A DNA stretch of 64,000 nt from a virus, in IMG/VR virus record IMGVR_UViG_3300040809_000188, positions 8,031-72,030 of that record; one strand, given 5' to 3'. Of this stretch, positions 36,793 through 45,908 are shown piece after piece. The position numbers were made by a program, and so were the translations under genes. The notes under the pieces were generated by a model that worked only from the letters and a program-made list of their open reading frames with translations, was not told the origin of the DNA and searched no databases. How positions within the stretch are numbered: position 1 is the first letter of the stretch; every line of letters begins with the position of its first letter.

Positions 36793-37517
36793 GCATTTAT
36801 GGTGAAGTGCCAACACATCCTGTGGTGTTTGCGGCATGTGATAAACACTACTTCAAAGAACACGGACCATCTTTTATCTACTCCTGTAATGATGCTGGCA
36901 AAGACGTTCATGTTCATGTCACAGAAGCAGAACAAGAAACATATAACATTGCAAACATTCTGAACACAGATACAGATGTAAAATGCACCTTCTCATACAA
37001 CGAGTTTGAGAATATGGGAAGAGGACAGCGCACATACTACGCTTGTCTGAGGTTTCTTGTTCTACCAATCATTCTACAACACGCAAAGAAAGTCATGACA
37101 CTTGACATTGACTGTATGGTTATGAAAGACTTTGACTGGCCTGATAAGCCTGCTGGTTACTTTCCAAGAGAGCCTATTGCTGGAACAACGGGCTGGGAAA
37201 ATCAAGGAACAAGAGTAGCCGCTGGTGCTGTGTATATGGATGACAGAGCATTGCCTCTTGCTCAAGCAGTTGTTGAGCGTATTCAACAAGGACCATGGCA
37301 ATGGTTTCTAGATCAGATTGCATTGTCTGAATCTTTCGCTAGAGTAAGTGAAGACGATGTGGTAAAGTTTGATGCTGAGTTTATGGATTGGGAGTTCAAA
37401 GAAGGCACAACTATCTGGACTGGTAAGGGTCCAAGAAAGTTTGAAAATCCAATATATGTAGCAAAGAAGAATGAGTTCAATCGTCTTCCTACAGCAACGA
37501 CAAGGTGTTGGGCATGA
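36789..37517 (+). CDS. GT-A glycosyltransferase-like protein
   Basis: YYACLRF..LDID..AAGAV..WFLDQ. Confidence 0.65.
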   Translation: MSIYGEVPTHPVVFAACDKHYFKEHGPSFIYSCNDAGKDVHVHVTEAEQETYNIANILNTDTDVKCTFSYNEFENMGRGQRTYYACLRFLVLPIILQHAKKVMTLDIDCMVMKDFDWPDKPAGYFPREPIAGTTGWENQGTRVAAGAVYMDDRALPLAQAVVERIQQGPWQWFLDQIALSESFARVSEDDVVKFDAEFMDWEFKEGTTIWTGKGPRKFENPIYVAKKNEFNRLPTATTRCWA

Positions 37518-38488
37518 GTAAAGTATTGATTTTAAGACCTCGTTTAGACTTACCTTTCAAGAAGTTTGGACTAGAGATTGCTAATAAGAATCTACCAGAC
37601 ATTCGTGTGTGGTGGGATAAGTTTATAACTGCACTTGAAGTACATCACGAAATGAAAGGTGATGATGTTGTAGTTGTAGAAGCCCAGAGATTCCAGTTTC
37701 ACAACAGTCTTGTTGAGCAATACAAGCCAGATGTTGCATATGTACCACACGTTGAAAAACACAACTTTGGTGGTGGTGATGAGTGTCGTTACTATATGCA
37801 GACTGTTGTTCCTTGGCTCTTTACAATCGATCACAAAGGCTGGGCTGGTGGTGGTTCATTTGTCGGTGAAGCATACGATACTCTGCCTGATGACAATGGT
37901 GCTACTTTTGCAAAGTTTCAAGAACGCATGAAGCGTGGTGAAAGCAAGTATGAACAACCAAATCATGATTCTTTCAACTGCACTGAAGACTTTATCTTCT
38001 GTCCACTTCAGATTCCACATGATGAGACTATCAAATGGCACAGCAAAGTAAAGATGGAAGAACTTGTAGAAAAACTCTGTCACTGGTCAAACACAAGTGA
38101 TCACGCAGTTGTATTCAAAAGCCATCCTATGAATCCAAAGAGTATGGAAGAGATGAAGAAGATTGCATCTGGTCACAATAAGGTAATGTGGATCGATCAT
38201 GCAAACATTCACAATGTCATACCAAAAGCAAAAGCAGTCTATGTTATTAACTCTGGTACAGGTATGGAATCAATGTGTCATGAAGTTCCTGTTGTACGCT
38301 TTGGTGATGCTGAATACAATGATGCTGTAATCGCTGGTAACATCAATGATTTGAACGAAACCTTCAAAAAAGTTGAAAAAATTGATAAAAAAATAATGAC
38401 TGAAAAATACAAGCAATTTTATAACTGGTTTGTCAATAAGATTTGTTATGATGCTACTGATATGGGAACCTTTATGAAAATAAAATAA
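37514..38488 (+). CDS. KpsS/KpsC-like capsule polysaccharide biosynthesis protein
   Basis: PLQIPHD, KSHP, VINSGTGMES. Confidence 0.75.
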   Translation: MSKVLILRPRLDLPFKKFGLEIANKNLPDIRVWWDKFITALEVHHEMKGDDVVVVEAQRFQFHNSLVEQYKPDVAYVPHVEKHNFGGGDECRYYMQTVVPWLFTIDHKGWAGGGSFVGEAYDTLPDDNGATFAKFQERMKRGESKYEQPNHDSFNCTEDFIFCPLQIPHDETIKWHSKVKMEELVEKLCHWSNTSDHAVVFKSHPMNPKSMEEMKKIASGHNKVMWIDHANIHNVIPKAKAVYVINSGTGMESMCHEVPVVRFGDAEYNDAVIAGNINDLNETFKKVEKIDKKIMTEKYKQFYNWFVNKICYDATDMGTFMKIK

Positions 38489-38599
38489 TGTCCGATATGA
38501 TACTACTAGGTCAGCAATACTGACGGATTATATATACAGGTGTCAGCGAACTAGTTGACACCTTTTTTTCACAAACAAAACCTTTTTAGGGAGACTACG

Positions 38600-38770
38600 A
38601 TGGCAGCCAGATTTTTTGGTGCCCTAGTAGATATGTTCGGTCGTCATCGTATGACAGGTAACCGGCAAATCGATATCTGGGCAGAGACAGAATTTAAACA
38701 CAACGCACAATGGGCTAAAAACTTTTATTACAGAACAGGGAGATTTCCAAGTGGCAAAGATGTTTGCTAA
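38600..38770 (+). CDS. small protein
   Basis: SD GGAG; WAETEFKH. Confidence 0.6.
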   Translation: MAARFFGALVDMFGRHRMTGNRQIDIWAETEFKHNAQWAKNFYYRTGRFPSGKDVC

Positions 38771-38888
38771 AGCAATGAATATTTTTGAACGTATCGGAAC
38801 AGCAAGAGCGGCGCATCATCTAGCGACAATGGGTCGTTACGAAGAAGCAAGAAAACTCATGACGGAGTTTAAAAAAAATGATTATTAA
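38760..38888 (+). CDS. small protein (42 aa)
   Basis: FERIGTARAAHHLATMGRYEEARKLM; tiled overlap. Confidence 0.6.
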   Translation: MFAKAMNIFERIGTARAAHHLATMGRYEEARKLMTEFKKNDY

Positions 38889-39045
38889 TTTCTTTAGAAT
38901 ACTTACAAATGATTACTTCAAGGATATTGAAAGAAGAAGAGAAGAGGCTTGGCTCGCTAGGTCTACTGATCTTGTTGACTTGGAACGCCGTCAGAGAGAA
39001 CTCACTTACGGGTCGGGCAATTACAAGTTCTTTAATGAAAGGTGA
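38878..39045 (+). CDS. small protein, DUF3563-like (55 aa)
   Basis: SD GGAG; EEAWLARSTDLVDLERRQREL. Confidence 0.6.
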   Translation: MIINFFRILTNDYFKDIERRREEAWLARSTDLVDLERRQRELTYGSGNYKFFNER

Positions 39046-39113
39046 GGATTGAACAATGTGGCCATACACAGATGAAGAAAATGACTTTTTGTCATAAAAA
39101 AAGAAAAGAGGTC

Positions 39114-39148
39114 TTGACACGGGCCTCTTTTTTTGATATAGTGATTCG
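39114..39148 (+). promoter_or_regulatory. sigma70 promoter with TGATTCG box, embedded in a terminator hairpin
   Basis: TTGACA-17-TATAGT, overlapping TGATTCG. Confidence 0.75.
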
Positions 39149-39151
39149 TAA

Positions 39152-39232
39152 ATCGGAGAGGGCATTAAGGTTGGTTGGCCCACGGTGAAAGTTCCATGAT
39201 GATGGTGTGGGATTGAAGTTGTCCTCTCCGAT
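39152..39232 (+). ncRNA. candidate small structured RNA
   Basis: 13-bp closing stem ATCGGAGAGGGCA/TGTCCTCTCCGAT, inner CCCAC/GTGGG and CCAT/ATGG helices; begins near the predicted +1. Confidence 0.55.
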
Positions 39233-39252
39233 ACAATATTTTGGAGAAACCG

Positions 39253-39327
39253 ATGCTTTGGTTTTTATTTGGTATATTAGCAGGCATTGCTGGATATAAC
39301 TTCTGGCTTGCTACTTGTATGCTCTAG
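39253..39327 (+). CDS. 24-aa hydrophobic peptide
   Basis: SD GGAG; MLWFLFGILAGIAGYNFWLATCML. Confidence 0.45.
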   Translation: MLWFLFGILAGIAGYNFWLATCML

Positions 39328-39331
39328 TTAT

Positions 39332-39408
39332 GGCCTCGTAACTCAACTGGATAGAGTAACGGCCTTCTAAGCCGTAAGTTGCAAGTTCGAGTCTTGCCGA
39401 GGTCGCCA
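39332..39408 (+). tRNA. tRNA-Arg(TCT)
   Basis: GGCCTCG/CGAGGTC, anticodon loop CTTCTAA, CCA. Confidence 0.95.
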
Positions 39409-39410
39409 AT

Positions 39411-39484
39411 AGAGGTATGGTGTAGTGGAAACACGACAGTCTCCAAAACTGTAAACTGAGGTTCGATTCCTTGTACCTCTGCCA
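39411..39484 (+). tRNA. tRNA-Trp(CCA)
   Basis: AGAGGTA/TACCTCT, anticodon loop CTCCAAA, CCA. Confidence 0.95.
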
Positions 39485-39504
39485 TTTTTATTAAGGAGTT
39501 TAGT

Positions 39505-40128
39505 ATGGCAAATCATGTAACGAGTGGTATTGAAATCGTAGAAGGTAATGATGCGGTGAAAGAGTGGTTTGCATCTCTTTCAGAAAAACTTACCGTTCCA
39601 GCAGATGAGCGTGAAGGCTCTTTTGGTGGGGTGTATCGACCTGTATATGAAATGTTTGATGAATGGCCCGAATCAGAACATGATATGGACACCTATAGTT
39701 GGTTTCATGAAAACATCGGTCCTAAGTGGTGTCATGTATATGATGCTGATAGTGACAGACTTATGTTTGAATCTGCTTGGTCCTTTCCAGAAGCATTATT
39801 CTTGCGTATTCACCAAGAGGCTTGCAAGATCGATCCTCTAGTAATCATGTCAGCGCATTATGATGATGAGATGCCCAACTTCTTTGGTTCATGCGTGTAT
39901 GCTGACGGTGAACTATACGATGAAGAATATTGGGATGAAAGCAACTATCATCATATCGAAGTAAAGTTCTGGTGGGATGAAGAAGAGGATGGTCCAGAAC
40001 CAGATGACTTTGATTCTTCAGAAGCATATGAAAAAATGTGGGAAGTCATTCAAGACGACATTGATGGTATGGTTCAGGGTGTAAAGGAATATCGTGCAGA
40101 AATGGCAGAAGAAGATGCATCCGATTGA
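39505..40128 (+). CDS. acidic hypothetical protein (DUF1281/YubB-like)
   Basis: MANH..W..NIGPKW..FESAWSFP. Confidence 0.55.
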   Translation: MANHVTSGIEIVEGNDAVKEWFASLSEKLTVPADEREGSFGGVYRPVYEMFDEWPESEHDMDTYSWFHENIGPKWCHVYDADSDRLMFESAWSFPEALFLRIHQEACKIDPLVIMSAHYDDEMPNFFGSCVYADGELYDEEYWDESNYHHIEVKFWWDEEEDGPEPDDFDSSEAYEKMWEVIQDDIDGMVQGVKEYRAEMAEEDASD

Positions 40129-40306
40129 ACTTACAGAAAGACGCATAGATAATGTTATGAAAATGATGAGCCACTTTGAAGAGGGTTCATGGGGATATAA
40201 CTATTGGGGTAGTGTACTTGGCTATCTCTTGAGAAAACTAAATGGAGAAGTAAATGAGAGAACTACTGTTAGATGCAGTGATCAAACACGCTATCGGACA
40301 CATTGA
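40115..40306 (+). CDS. hypothetical protein
   Basis: SWGYNYWGSV; tiled ORF. Confidence 0.5.
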   Translation: MHPIELTERRIDNVMKMMSHFEEGSWGYNYWGSVLGYLLRKLNGEVNERTTVRCSDQTRYRTH

Positions 40307-40460
40307 GAAGCATAAGGTAAACATTGAAGTTTATCTCAATCAGTCTGTTGGTATTGGTGAACACTCTGATATCATCGAAGCAATCGAAGTCGAACTTGAA
40401 GAGATTGCAAAATATGAAGATCAGTTGGATGTAGTCCGTAAGCACTTTGGTCGAGGCTAA
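40254..40460 (+). CDS. conserved phage hypothetical protein
   Basis: HKVNIEVYL..GIGEHSDIIEAIE. Confidence 0.7.
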   Translation: MRELLLDAVIKHAIGHIEKHKVNIEVYLNQSVGIGEHSDIIEAIEVELEEIAKYEDQLDVVRKHFGRG

Positions 40461-40461
40461 A

Positions 40462-40704
40462 ATGTCATATGTAGTCTATGGTCGACAAGACTGTAACTGG
40501 TGCTATCGTGCTAAGAAGTTCTTAGAGCAAAAGCAAGAAGATTTCAGGTACATCGATATTGACGATGATGCTAGAACAAAAGCATTTCTTGTTAGTAAAG
40601 GTTTTAAGACAGTGCCTCAGATTTATCTTGACAATGAGCATATTGGTGGTTATACTGAACTAGTTGCATATTTTGAAGAGGGCTCTTATGGAGACAACAC
40701 CTAA
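40462..40704 (+). CDS. glutaredoxin
   Basis: CNWC, TVPQI, IGGYTEL. Confidence 0.92.
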   Translation: MSYVVYGRQDCNWCYRAKKFLEQKQEDFRYIDIDDDARTKAFLVSKGFKTVPQIYLDNEHIGGYTELVAYFEEGSYGDNT

Positions 40705-41374
40705 AAATCAAATGATGATATATCCAATCACGGAAGGTGGATTGGATTTTCTTCATATTAAAAATATACCTGATAGTTTGCTTGATGATGTCAGAAAAGA
40801 ATTTGAAGTTGCTAAAAACTTCATGTATTTTGATGATAAAAAAGGTGGCGCCGCTCACAATGATACTGGAGGGTACAAAAGAACTGGTGGTGCTATACTA
40901 GCACACGATATATTTCATCCTCACTTTGTTGAACACACTGCATCAGTACAGTATACAGTAAAGATGAGAAAAATCATTCTGAGCAATCTATGGCCAGTTC
41001 CACCCTTTAGTCACATAAACTATTTTAGATATCCAGAACAAGTTATTATAAACTATGCTGGATATCGTAATGGTGAAGAGTATAAAGCGCATTGGGACCT
41101 AGGAACTCTAACACTGATTACTTGGCTGAGTGATCACAATGAGTTTAGTGGTGGAGAGATTGTCTTTCCTGAGTTTGACAACTATACAATAAAACCAGAA
41201 AAGAATAGTGCTATTTTGTTTCCATCACACTATCAGCATGAAGTAAGAAAGGTTATAACAGACAGTGACGAACTTGTTCGTTATACATTTTCAGCTTTTT
41301 TTCATACATTAGACCCTAGAGAAGCGGTTAAGCAGAGACCAATTAAAAAGAGACCAACAAATGATGAATGTTGA
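40688..41374 (+). CDS. 2OG-Fe(II) oxygenase
   Basis: YKAHWD..FSGGEIVF..FPS..HEV..RY. Confidence 0.8.
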   Translation: METTPKNQMMIYPITEGGLDFLHIKNIPDSLLDDVRKEFEVAKNFMYFDDKKGGAAHNDTGGYKRTGGAILAHDIFHPHFVEHTASVQYTVKMRKIILSNLWPVPPFSHINYFRYPEQVIINYAGYRNGEEYKAHWDLGTLTLITWLSDHNEFSGGEIVFPEFDNYTIKPEKNSAILFPSHYQHEVRKVITDSDELVRYTFSAFFHTLDPREAVKQRPIKKRPTNDEC

Positions 41375-42020
41375 AGGGTGGTTTTCAGCACCAGTGTTTT
41401 ATGGAATACCTGATAATGTAGATATGTCCAAACTAGAAAGATTTTACAATTTTGCAAAAGAAGAAGACCCGTACGGCCGAAAGATTAGTAATGTTGGTGG
41501 TTGGCAATCTAGGGTCTATGAAAGACATGAAAACGAAGACTTTTTAGAATTTTCTAAAATAGTTGAAAAATATGCAGATTATTGTCTACAAGAATACTAT
41601 GCTGTAAATATAGAAAAATATGGTACATATATGAAAGGCGGATGGTTTTCAACAAATGTAAATACTGATCATAATAGTATCCACATTCATGGAAATTGTT
41701 TTTTGTCTGGCACGTTTTATGTTAAAGTTCCTGAAAAAATAAGTGGGAATGAAGATTATGATAACCATGATGGTTGTATTACATTTCATAGAGACTTTGG
41801 AGAAAAGCATTTTATGGAAGCAATAGAAATAGAAAAAAACACTTCATGGAATATCACCACAGTATCATATAAACCCAAAAAGGGTCAGTTGATTATTTTT
41901 CCATCAATACTTCCTCATAGTGTTATGCCAAGTTTAACAAATGAAGAAAGAATTAGTTTGAGTTTTAATTTAGTAGTGGGGATTCGAGATACTAGGAGTG
42001 AACAATATGAATCTTACTGA
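41361..42020 (+). CDS. 2OG-Fe(II) oxygenase (TIGR02466-like)
   Basis: SNVGGWQS..HIH..LSGTFYVKVP..IFPS.LPHSV..RISLSFN. Confidence 0.85.
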   Translation: MMNVEGWFSAPVFYGIPDNVDMSKLERFYNFAKEEDPYGRKISNVGGWQSRVYERHENEDFLEFSKIVEKYADYCLQEYYAVNIEKYGTYMKGGWFSTNVNTDHNSIHIHGNCFLSGTFYVKVPEKISGNEDYDNHDGCITFHRDFGEKHFMEAIEIEKNTSWNITTVSYKPKKGQLIIFPSILPHSVMPSLTNEERISLSFNLVVGIRDTRSEQYESY

Positions 42021-42318
42021 AAAAGAAAATGCAAAAGCAGAAGAGTTTGAAGAGCAAATCAGACAGAAGCAGACTATTATGTCTGGACTTCATGCTGGTG
42101 TAGTGAAGGTTGAGTTTATAAAGAAAGATGGCACAAGTCGCACAATGGTTTGTACTCTAAATAAACAATATCTACCAGAACAGACAGATATTGAAGAGAC
42201 AACTAAAACAAAGTCTTCAGAAGCGGTTGCTGTTTGGGATTTAGAGAAAGATGCATGGCGTTCCTTTAGATGGGACTCTGTGAAGTCATACACCACTGGA
42301 GTTAGTTATGAAACTTAA
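42007..42318 (+). CDS. small SH3-like beta-barrel protein
   Basis: VEFIKKDG..R.MVCTL..VWDLEK.AWRSF. Confidence 0.7.
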   Translation: MNLTEKENAKAEEFEEQIRQKQTIMSGLHAGVVKVEFIKKDGTSRTMVCTLNKQYLPEQTDIEETTKTKSSEAVAVWDLEKDAWRSFRWDSVKSYTTGVSYET

Positions 42319-43291
42319 CATTGTTGACAATAGAGAAGATAAGGATGAGTTCTCCATGGGTCCATCACTAGATGGAACCTACACCGAAGCAAAAGGTGGA
42401 ACAGAACTGATGAACAAAGCACTGTACGAGCGAGTTGACAATGACTTGCTTGATCAGTTCTACATCATCAAATCAAGAGTTCGTTGGACTGATCCTAAGA
42501 AAAAAAATATCCTATGGCTACATGATACTTGGGATGATCCTGAGTCTCAACATCTGAAAGATGAAGAAAAGCGAAAGCGTTTTGCTAAACTTGTGTTTGT
42601 GTCAAACTATCAGTTGCAAACATACAATCTAGCACTTGGTGTACCATATGCTGAATCGTTTGTCTTGCGTAATGCGATTGATCCTATTCCATATAAAGAT
42701 AAGCCAAAGGATCAGATTCGTCTGATTTATCATACGACACCGCATCGTGGACTTAACATTGCATACGCCGCTATTGAAGAACTTGCTAAGATACATGGTG
42801 ATAAGATTCACTTTGATGTGTTCTCATCATTCCAAGCATATGGTTGGGAAGATGCGGATAAGCCATACTTAGAGTTGTTTGATAACATTCGTAATCATCC
42901 ACAGATGACGTATCATGGTTTCCAAGAGAACTCTGTGGTTCGTGAAGCACTACAGCAAGCACACATCTATGCTTATCCTAACATCTGGCCTGAGACTTCT
43001 TGTATCAGTGTTATCGAAGCAATGTCTGCTGGCTGTCAGATTGTGTGTCCAAACTTTGCGGCGCTACCAGAAACCACAGGTCACTTTGCAACGATGTATC
43101 AGTTCTCTGAAGATATGGGTTTCCATGCTAATGTCTTTGCGAACATGCTACACGCCGCTATCGAAAATCACAACACAGAAGATATGCAGAGAAAGATGAT
43201 GTTCCAAAAGAACTGGACTGATAACTTCTATAACTGGGATTTGCGAGCCGCTGAGTGGACAGGGTTCTTGCAGGGATTGTTGAAATCATGA
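42308..43291 (+). CDS. GT-B glycosyltransferase (GT4-like)
   Basis: GGTE, WLHD, TPHRGL, WPETSCISVIEAM (EX7E). Confidence 0.85.
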   Translation: MKLNIVDNREDKDEFSMGPSLDGTYTEAKGGTELMNKALYERVDNDLLDQFYIIKSRVRWTDPKKKNILWLHDTWDDPESQHLKDEEKRKRFAKLVFVSNYQLQTYNLALGVPYAESFVLRNAIDPIPYKDKPKDQIRLIYHTTPHRGLNIAYAAIEELAKIHGDKIHFDVFSSFQAYGWEDADKPYLELFDNIRNHPQMTYHGFQENSVVREALQQAHIYAYPNIWPETSCISVIEAMSAGCQIVCPNFAALPETTGHFATMYQFSEDMGFHANVFANMLHAAIENHNTEDMQRKMMFQKNWTDNFYNWDLRAAEWTGFLQGLLKS

Positions 43292-43827
43292 TCTATGATA
43301 TCATAGATGATTTACTTCCAAAGGAGTTCAATGCCATCTGTGAAAACAAGTTGATGAACTCACACAGATGGCATTTTCCTCCAAACGAGATGGGAGATGA
43401 TAATCCTCATGGTTGGGAAAATAATGGGTTGGTTATCAGATCATATCCATCACAAGATGATAATCTCTTTGAGATAAATGTTCTAGGTTCTGTCATACTA
43501 GAGACATGTATCGCAAAACACGCCGGCACATTTTCTAATATATGTCTAGAAAGACTTGTATGGAATAGATATGATAGAAAATCGGGTTGTTCATTTCATC
43601 AAGATTCTGGATCAGGAATCCAAAGCACTGACGTACTTATGAGCATGATATACAATCTAAATGACAATGATGGTCATAATATAATAGGTGAAGAAAAAAT
43701 TCCTAGCAAAAATGGAAGATGTATTCTGTTTCAAAGCACAGACTGGCACAATGCAATGCCGCCGGTTGAGTATCCAACTAGACTTACATTAAACGCAGTA
43801 TTCAGTTATTCTCATTATATCAAATAG
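43288..43827 (+). CDS. 2OG-Fe(II) oxygenase
   Basis: FHQD..YNLNDNDG..F..WHNA..RLTLN. Confidence 0.75.
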   Translation: MIYDIIDDLLPKEFNAICENKLMNSHRWHFPPNEMGDDNPHGWENNGLVIRSYPSQDDNLFEINVLGSVILETCIAKHAGTFSNICLERLVWNRYDRKSGCSFHQDSGSGIQSTDVLMSMIYNLNDNDGHNIIGEEKIPSKNGRCILFQSTDWHNAMPPVEYPTRLTLNAVFSYSHYIK

Positions 43828-43835
43828 GAGTAGAT

Positions 43836-44030
43836 ATGTATCCAGGCCACGACATGCGTGAAGGACACGAAGATTATATGAAACGCCGAATCAAAGAGAT
43901 GGAAAAGACTACGATTCGGCGTTTAGCGACTTCTGACACACCAAACAGAAGTCCAGAAGCAGATTCTATCACGCAAATACTTGAAAGGATTGAGAAAAAA
44001 ATCGACAAATTAATTGAAAAAGGGGGTTGA
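43836..44030 (+). CDS. hypothetical protein
   Basis: SD AGGAG. Confidence 0.6.
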   Translation: MYPGHDMREGHEDYMKRRIKEMEKTTIRRLATSDTPNRSPEADSITQILERIEKKIDKLIEKGG

Positions 44031-44083
44031 CATCAATCCCTTTTCTGCTATGATGTAACAGTAACAAAGAGAGGTGATTCGCA
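44027..44083 (+). promoter_or_regulatory. early promoter with GAGAGG-TGATTCGC leader
   Basis: TTGACA-16-TATGAT inside an inverted repeat; AGAGAGGTGATTCGCA before ATG. Confidence 0.75.
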
Positions 44084-44164
44084 ATGTTGACTGCTTTGAA
44101 AATAATGATTGGTACTGTCGGTTTTACGATGGTTGTCGCACTTCCTATTTTGCTTGTTTGGTAA
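44084..44164 (+). CDS. 26-aa hydrophobic peptide
   Basis: Strong RBS; single TM. Confidence 0.5.
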   Translation: MLTALKIMIGTVGFTMVVALPILLVW

Positions 44165-44174
44165 GGAGTAAGAG

Positions 44175-44324
44175 ATGAAAAAGTTTGTTATTACAGCCCA
44201 TATGAAAAATGGTGATGCTTGGGAAACTACACGCCATACCAAAGAAGGTTTGGACAGTGTTATTTCAGACATTCTTAAAGATGATGCTGTAGCACGTTTT
44301 ACGGTTGAGGAAAAAAATGCTTAG
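44175..44324 (+). CDS. small early protein (49 aa)
   Basis: SD AAGGAG. Confidence 0.6.
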   Translation: MKKFVITAHMKNGDAWETTRHTKEGLDSVISDILKDDAVARFTVEEKNA

Positions 44325-44571
44325 AGATAATCTAACGCCTGCTGAAATGCTTGAAAAAGAGTTCATGGATTGGATTTGGTCGCAAGAGACAATCAAAGGT
44401 AAAAAGGTTGTGAATCGTCATCTTGGTTTTGGTTCTTGGCCAGACATAAAACTCACACTGGAGGGTGGTTCTTTTGTGAGTGCTAAGAAACTCTTCAATG
44501 AAATTCTGGAAGAGATGGCTGGAGAAAATGAAGCAACGAGGATTATGGAAAATGGACAAAAACCGTTTTAA
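44317..44571 (+). CDS. hypothetical protein
   Basis: SD GAGG; tiled. Confidence 0.55.
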   Translation: MLRDNLTPAEMLEKEFMDWIWSQETIKGKKVVNRHLGFGSWPDIKLTLEGGSFVSAKKLFNEILEEMAGENEATRIMENGQKPF

Positions 44572-44824
44572 CTGGAGAGCAATCTGCATTGGTGACTTTG
44601 TTCGCTTGAGGGGTAAAACTCGTCATGGTAAGAATCGTATCAATCAACATGGCGATGTATGGGAAGTTGTCGATGAACAACTGACAAAGATTCTCTTGCA
44701 GTCTCTTCAGAACACGTTCAAAGACACACCCAATCGTGTCGCAGAAAAAGACTGGAGATGGATTTCTTCAGTTGATGACAAAAACTTTGAAATCGTTGAG
44801 CATCTTAAAGGAGAAGCCGCATGA
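44552..44824 (+). CDS. hypothetical protein
   Basis: LRGKTRHGKNRINQHG..WRWI..DDKNFE. Confidence 0.6.
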   Translation: MDKNRFNWRAICIGDFVRLRGKTRHGKNRINQHGDVWEVVDEQLTKILLQSLQNTFKDTPNRVAEKDWRWISSVDDKNFEIVEHLKGEAA

Positions 44825-45279
44825 ATAAAAAGGCTATCAAAAAGCAACTCATGAAAGAACTTGCACCAAAGCGCACTAAAGTAAAGCGCAGACGCAAGCC
44901 TATGACTGAGGAGCAGAAGAAAGCGGCGGCTGAACGCCTTGCTAAGGCTCGTGAGAAGCGTCAGAAGACAAATCCACCGAAGTATGCAAACATTCATCCT
45001 AGTGTGCTTGCAAAAGATGATGAGGATACGTTCTCACGAAAGAATGTGACTGCTTGGATCAAACATCAGAAAGAACTGCTGTCAGAGTATCGAAGACAGG
45101 AACGAATGAAGATGAAGGGTGCGCCTATGAAGGTTGCTGATTGTGTTGCATACATTCGACACTGTGAGTGGTATCTCAAGAATGGTGATTGGATCGATGG
45201 TTACTATGGTAAAGATGCGGATAAGAAAATCAAAATGCGAACTGTTGTGCCATCTGAAACAACTAAATACTCTGAGTAG
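44821..45279 (+). CDS. conserved basic phage protein
   Basis: RKPMTEEQKKAAAERLAKAR..YLKNGDW. Confidence 0.7.
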   Translation: MNKKAIKKQLMKELAPKRTKVKRRRKPMTEEQKKAAAERLAKAREKRQKTNPPKYANIHPSVLAKDDEDTFSRKNVTAWIKHQKELLSEYRRQERMKMKGAPMKVADCVAYIRHCEWYLKNGDWIDGYYGKDADKKIKMRTVVPSETTKYSE

Positions 45280-45292
45280 TAAGGAGTTTTGA

Positions 45293-45652
45293 ATGAATGT
45301 AATCAAGTTTCCTAAGACTAATCCTCGTATATCCGCCGAAGCATCTCTGAGTGAAGTGCAAGAGAAAATCGAAAAGGCAAAGCAGAAGTATGTCAATGCT
45401 CTTGTCGATCATCACTCAAGTCAACTATTAGCAAACATCATGCTGTCTGGTATTGAAGTCGAAACAGATGACTTTATGAAGGACTTTGCTTTCACTGTCG
45501 AAACACTTAGATCATCGATGTATCGAAGCATGGGTATTGAACATCCACTACAAGAACAAATCGATGAAGCGGTGTCTTTAGTAGAGAAAGAAGAAGACGA
45601 AGACTTCAGCGATGAGGCTCTTATGCAGTGGGATGACGATGACGATGAGTAA
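45293..45652 (+). CDS. hypothetical protein
   Basis: MNVIKFPK; ACTAAATA late-like box upstream. Confidence 0.7.
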   Translation: MNVIKFPKTNPRISAEASLSEVQEKIEKAKQKYVNALVDHHSSQLLANIMLSGIEVETDDFMKDFAFTVETLRSSMYRSMGIEHPLQEQIDEAVSLVEKEEDEDFSDEALMQWDDDDDE

Positions 45653-45869
45653 CACTTACACTCAACGTCAATGGGATAGAGAAGTGGGGTATGGTGTGGT
45701 GCCTAAGGAGTATAGAATGTCAAGTGAGGATTTATTGATTGAACGTATTTTGACAAATGAGTTGTTGCGAATGGAATCATTACAGAAAGGTCTGTATACT
45801 GATCAGGATGTGGTTGTTCGCAACTGGATGGAAAAACGCATAAAAGACTTGACAAAAGGTTCAGAATAG
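45645..45869 (+). CDS. hypothetical protein
   Basis: YTQRQWDREVGYG. Confidence 0.5.
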   Translation: MSNTYTQRQWDREVGYGVVPKEYRMSSEDLLIERILTNELLRMESLQKGLYTDQDVVVRNWMEKRIKDLTKGSE

Positions 45870-45908
45870 TTTATATATAATATAGGATGAAAAACGTGAG
45901 TAAGGATT

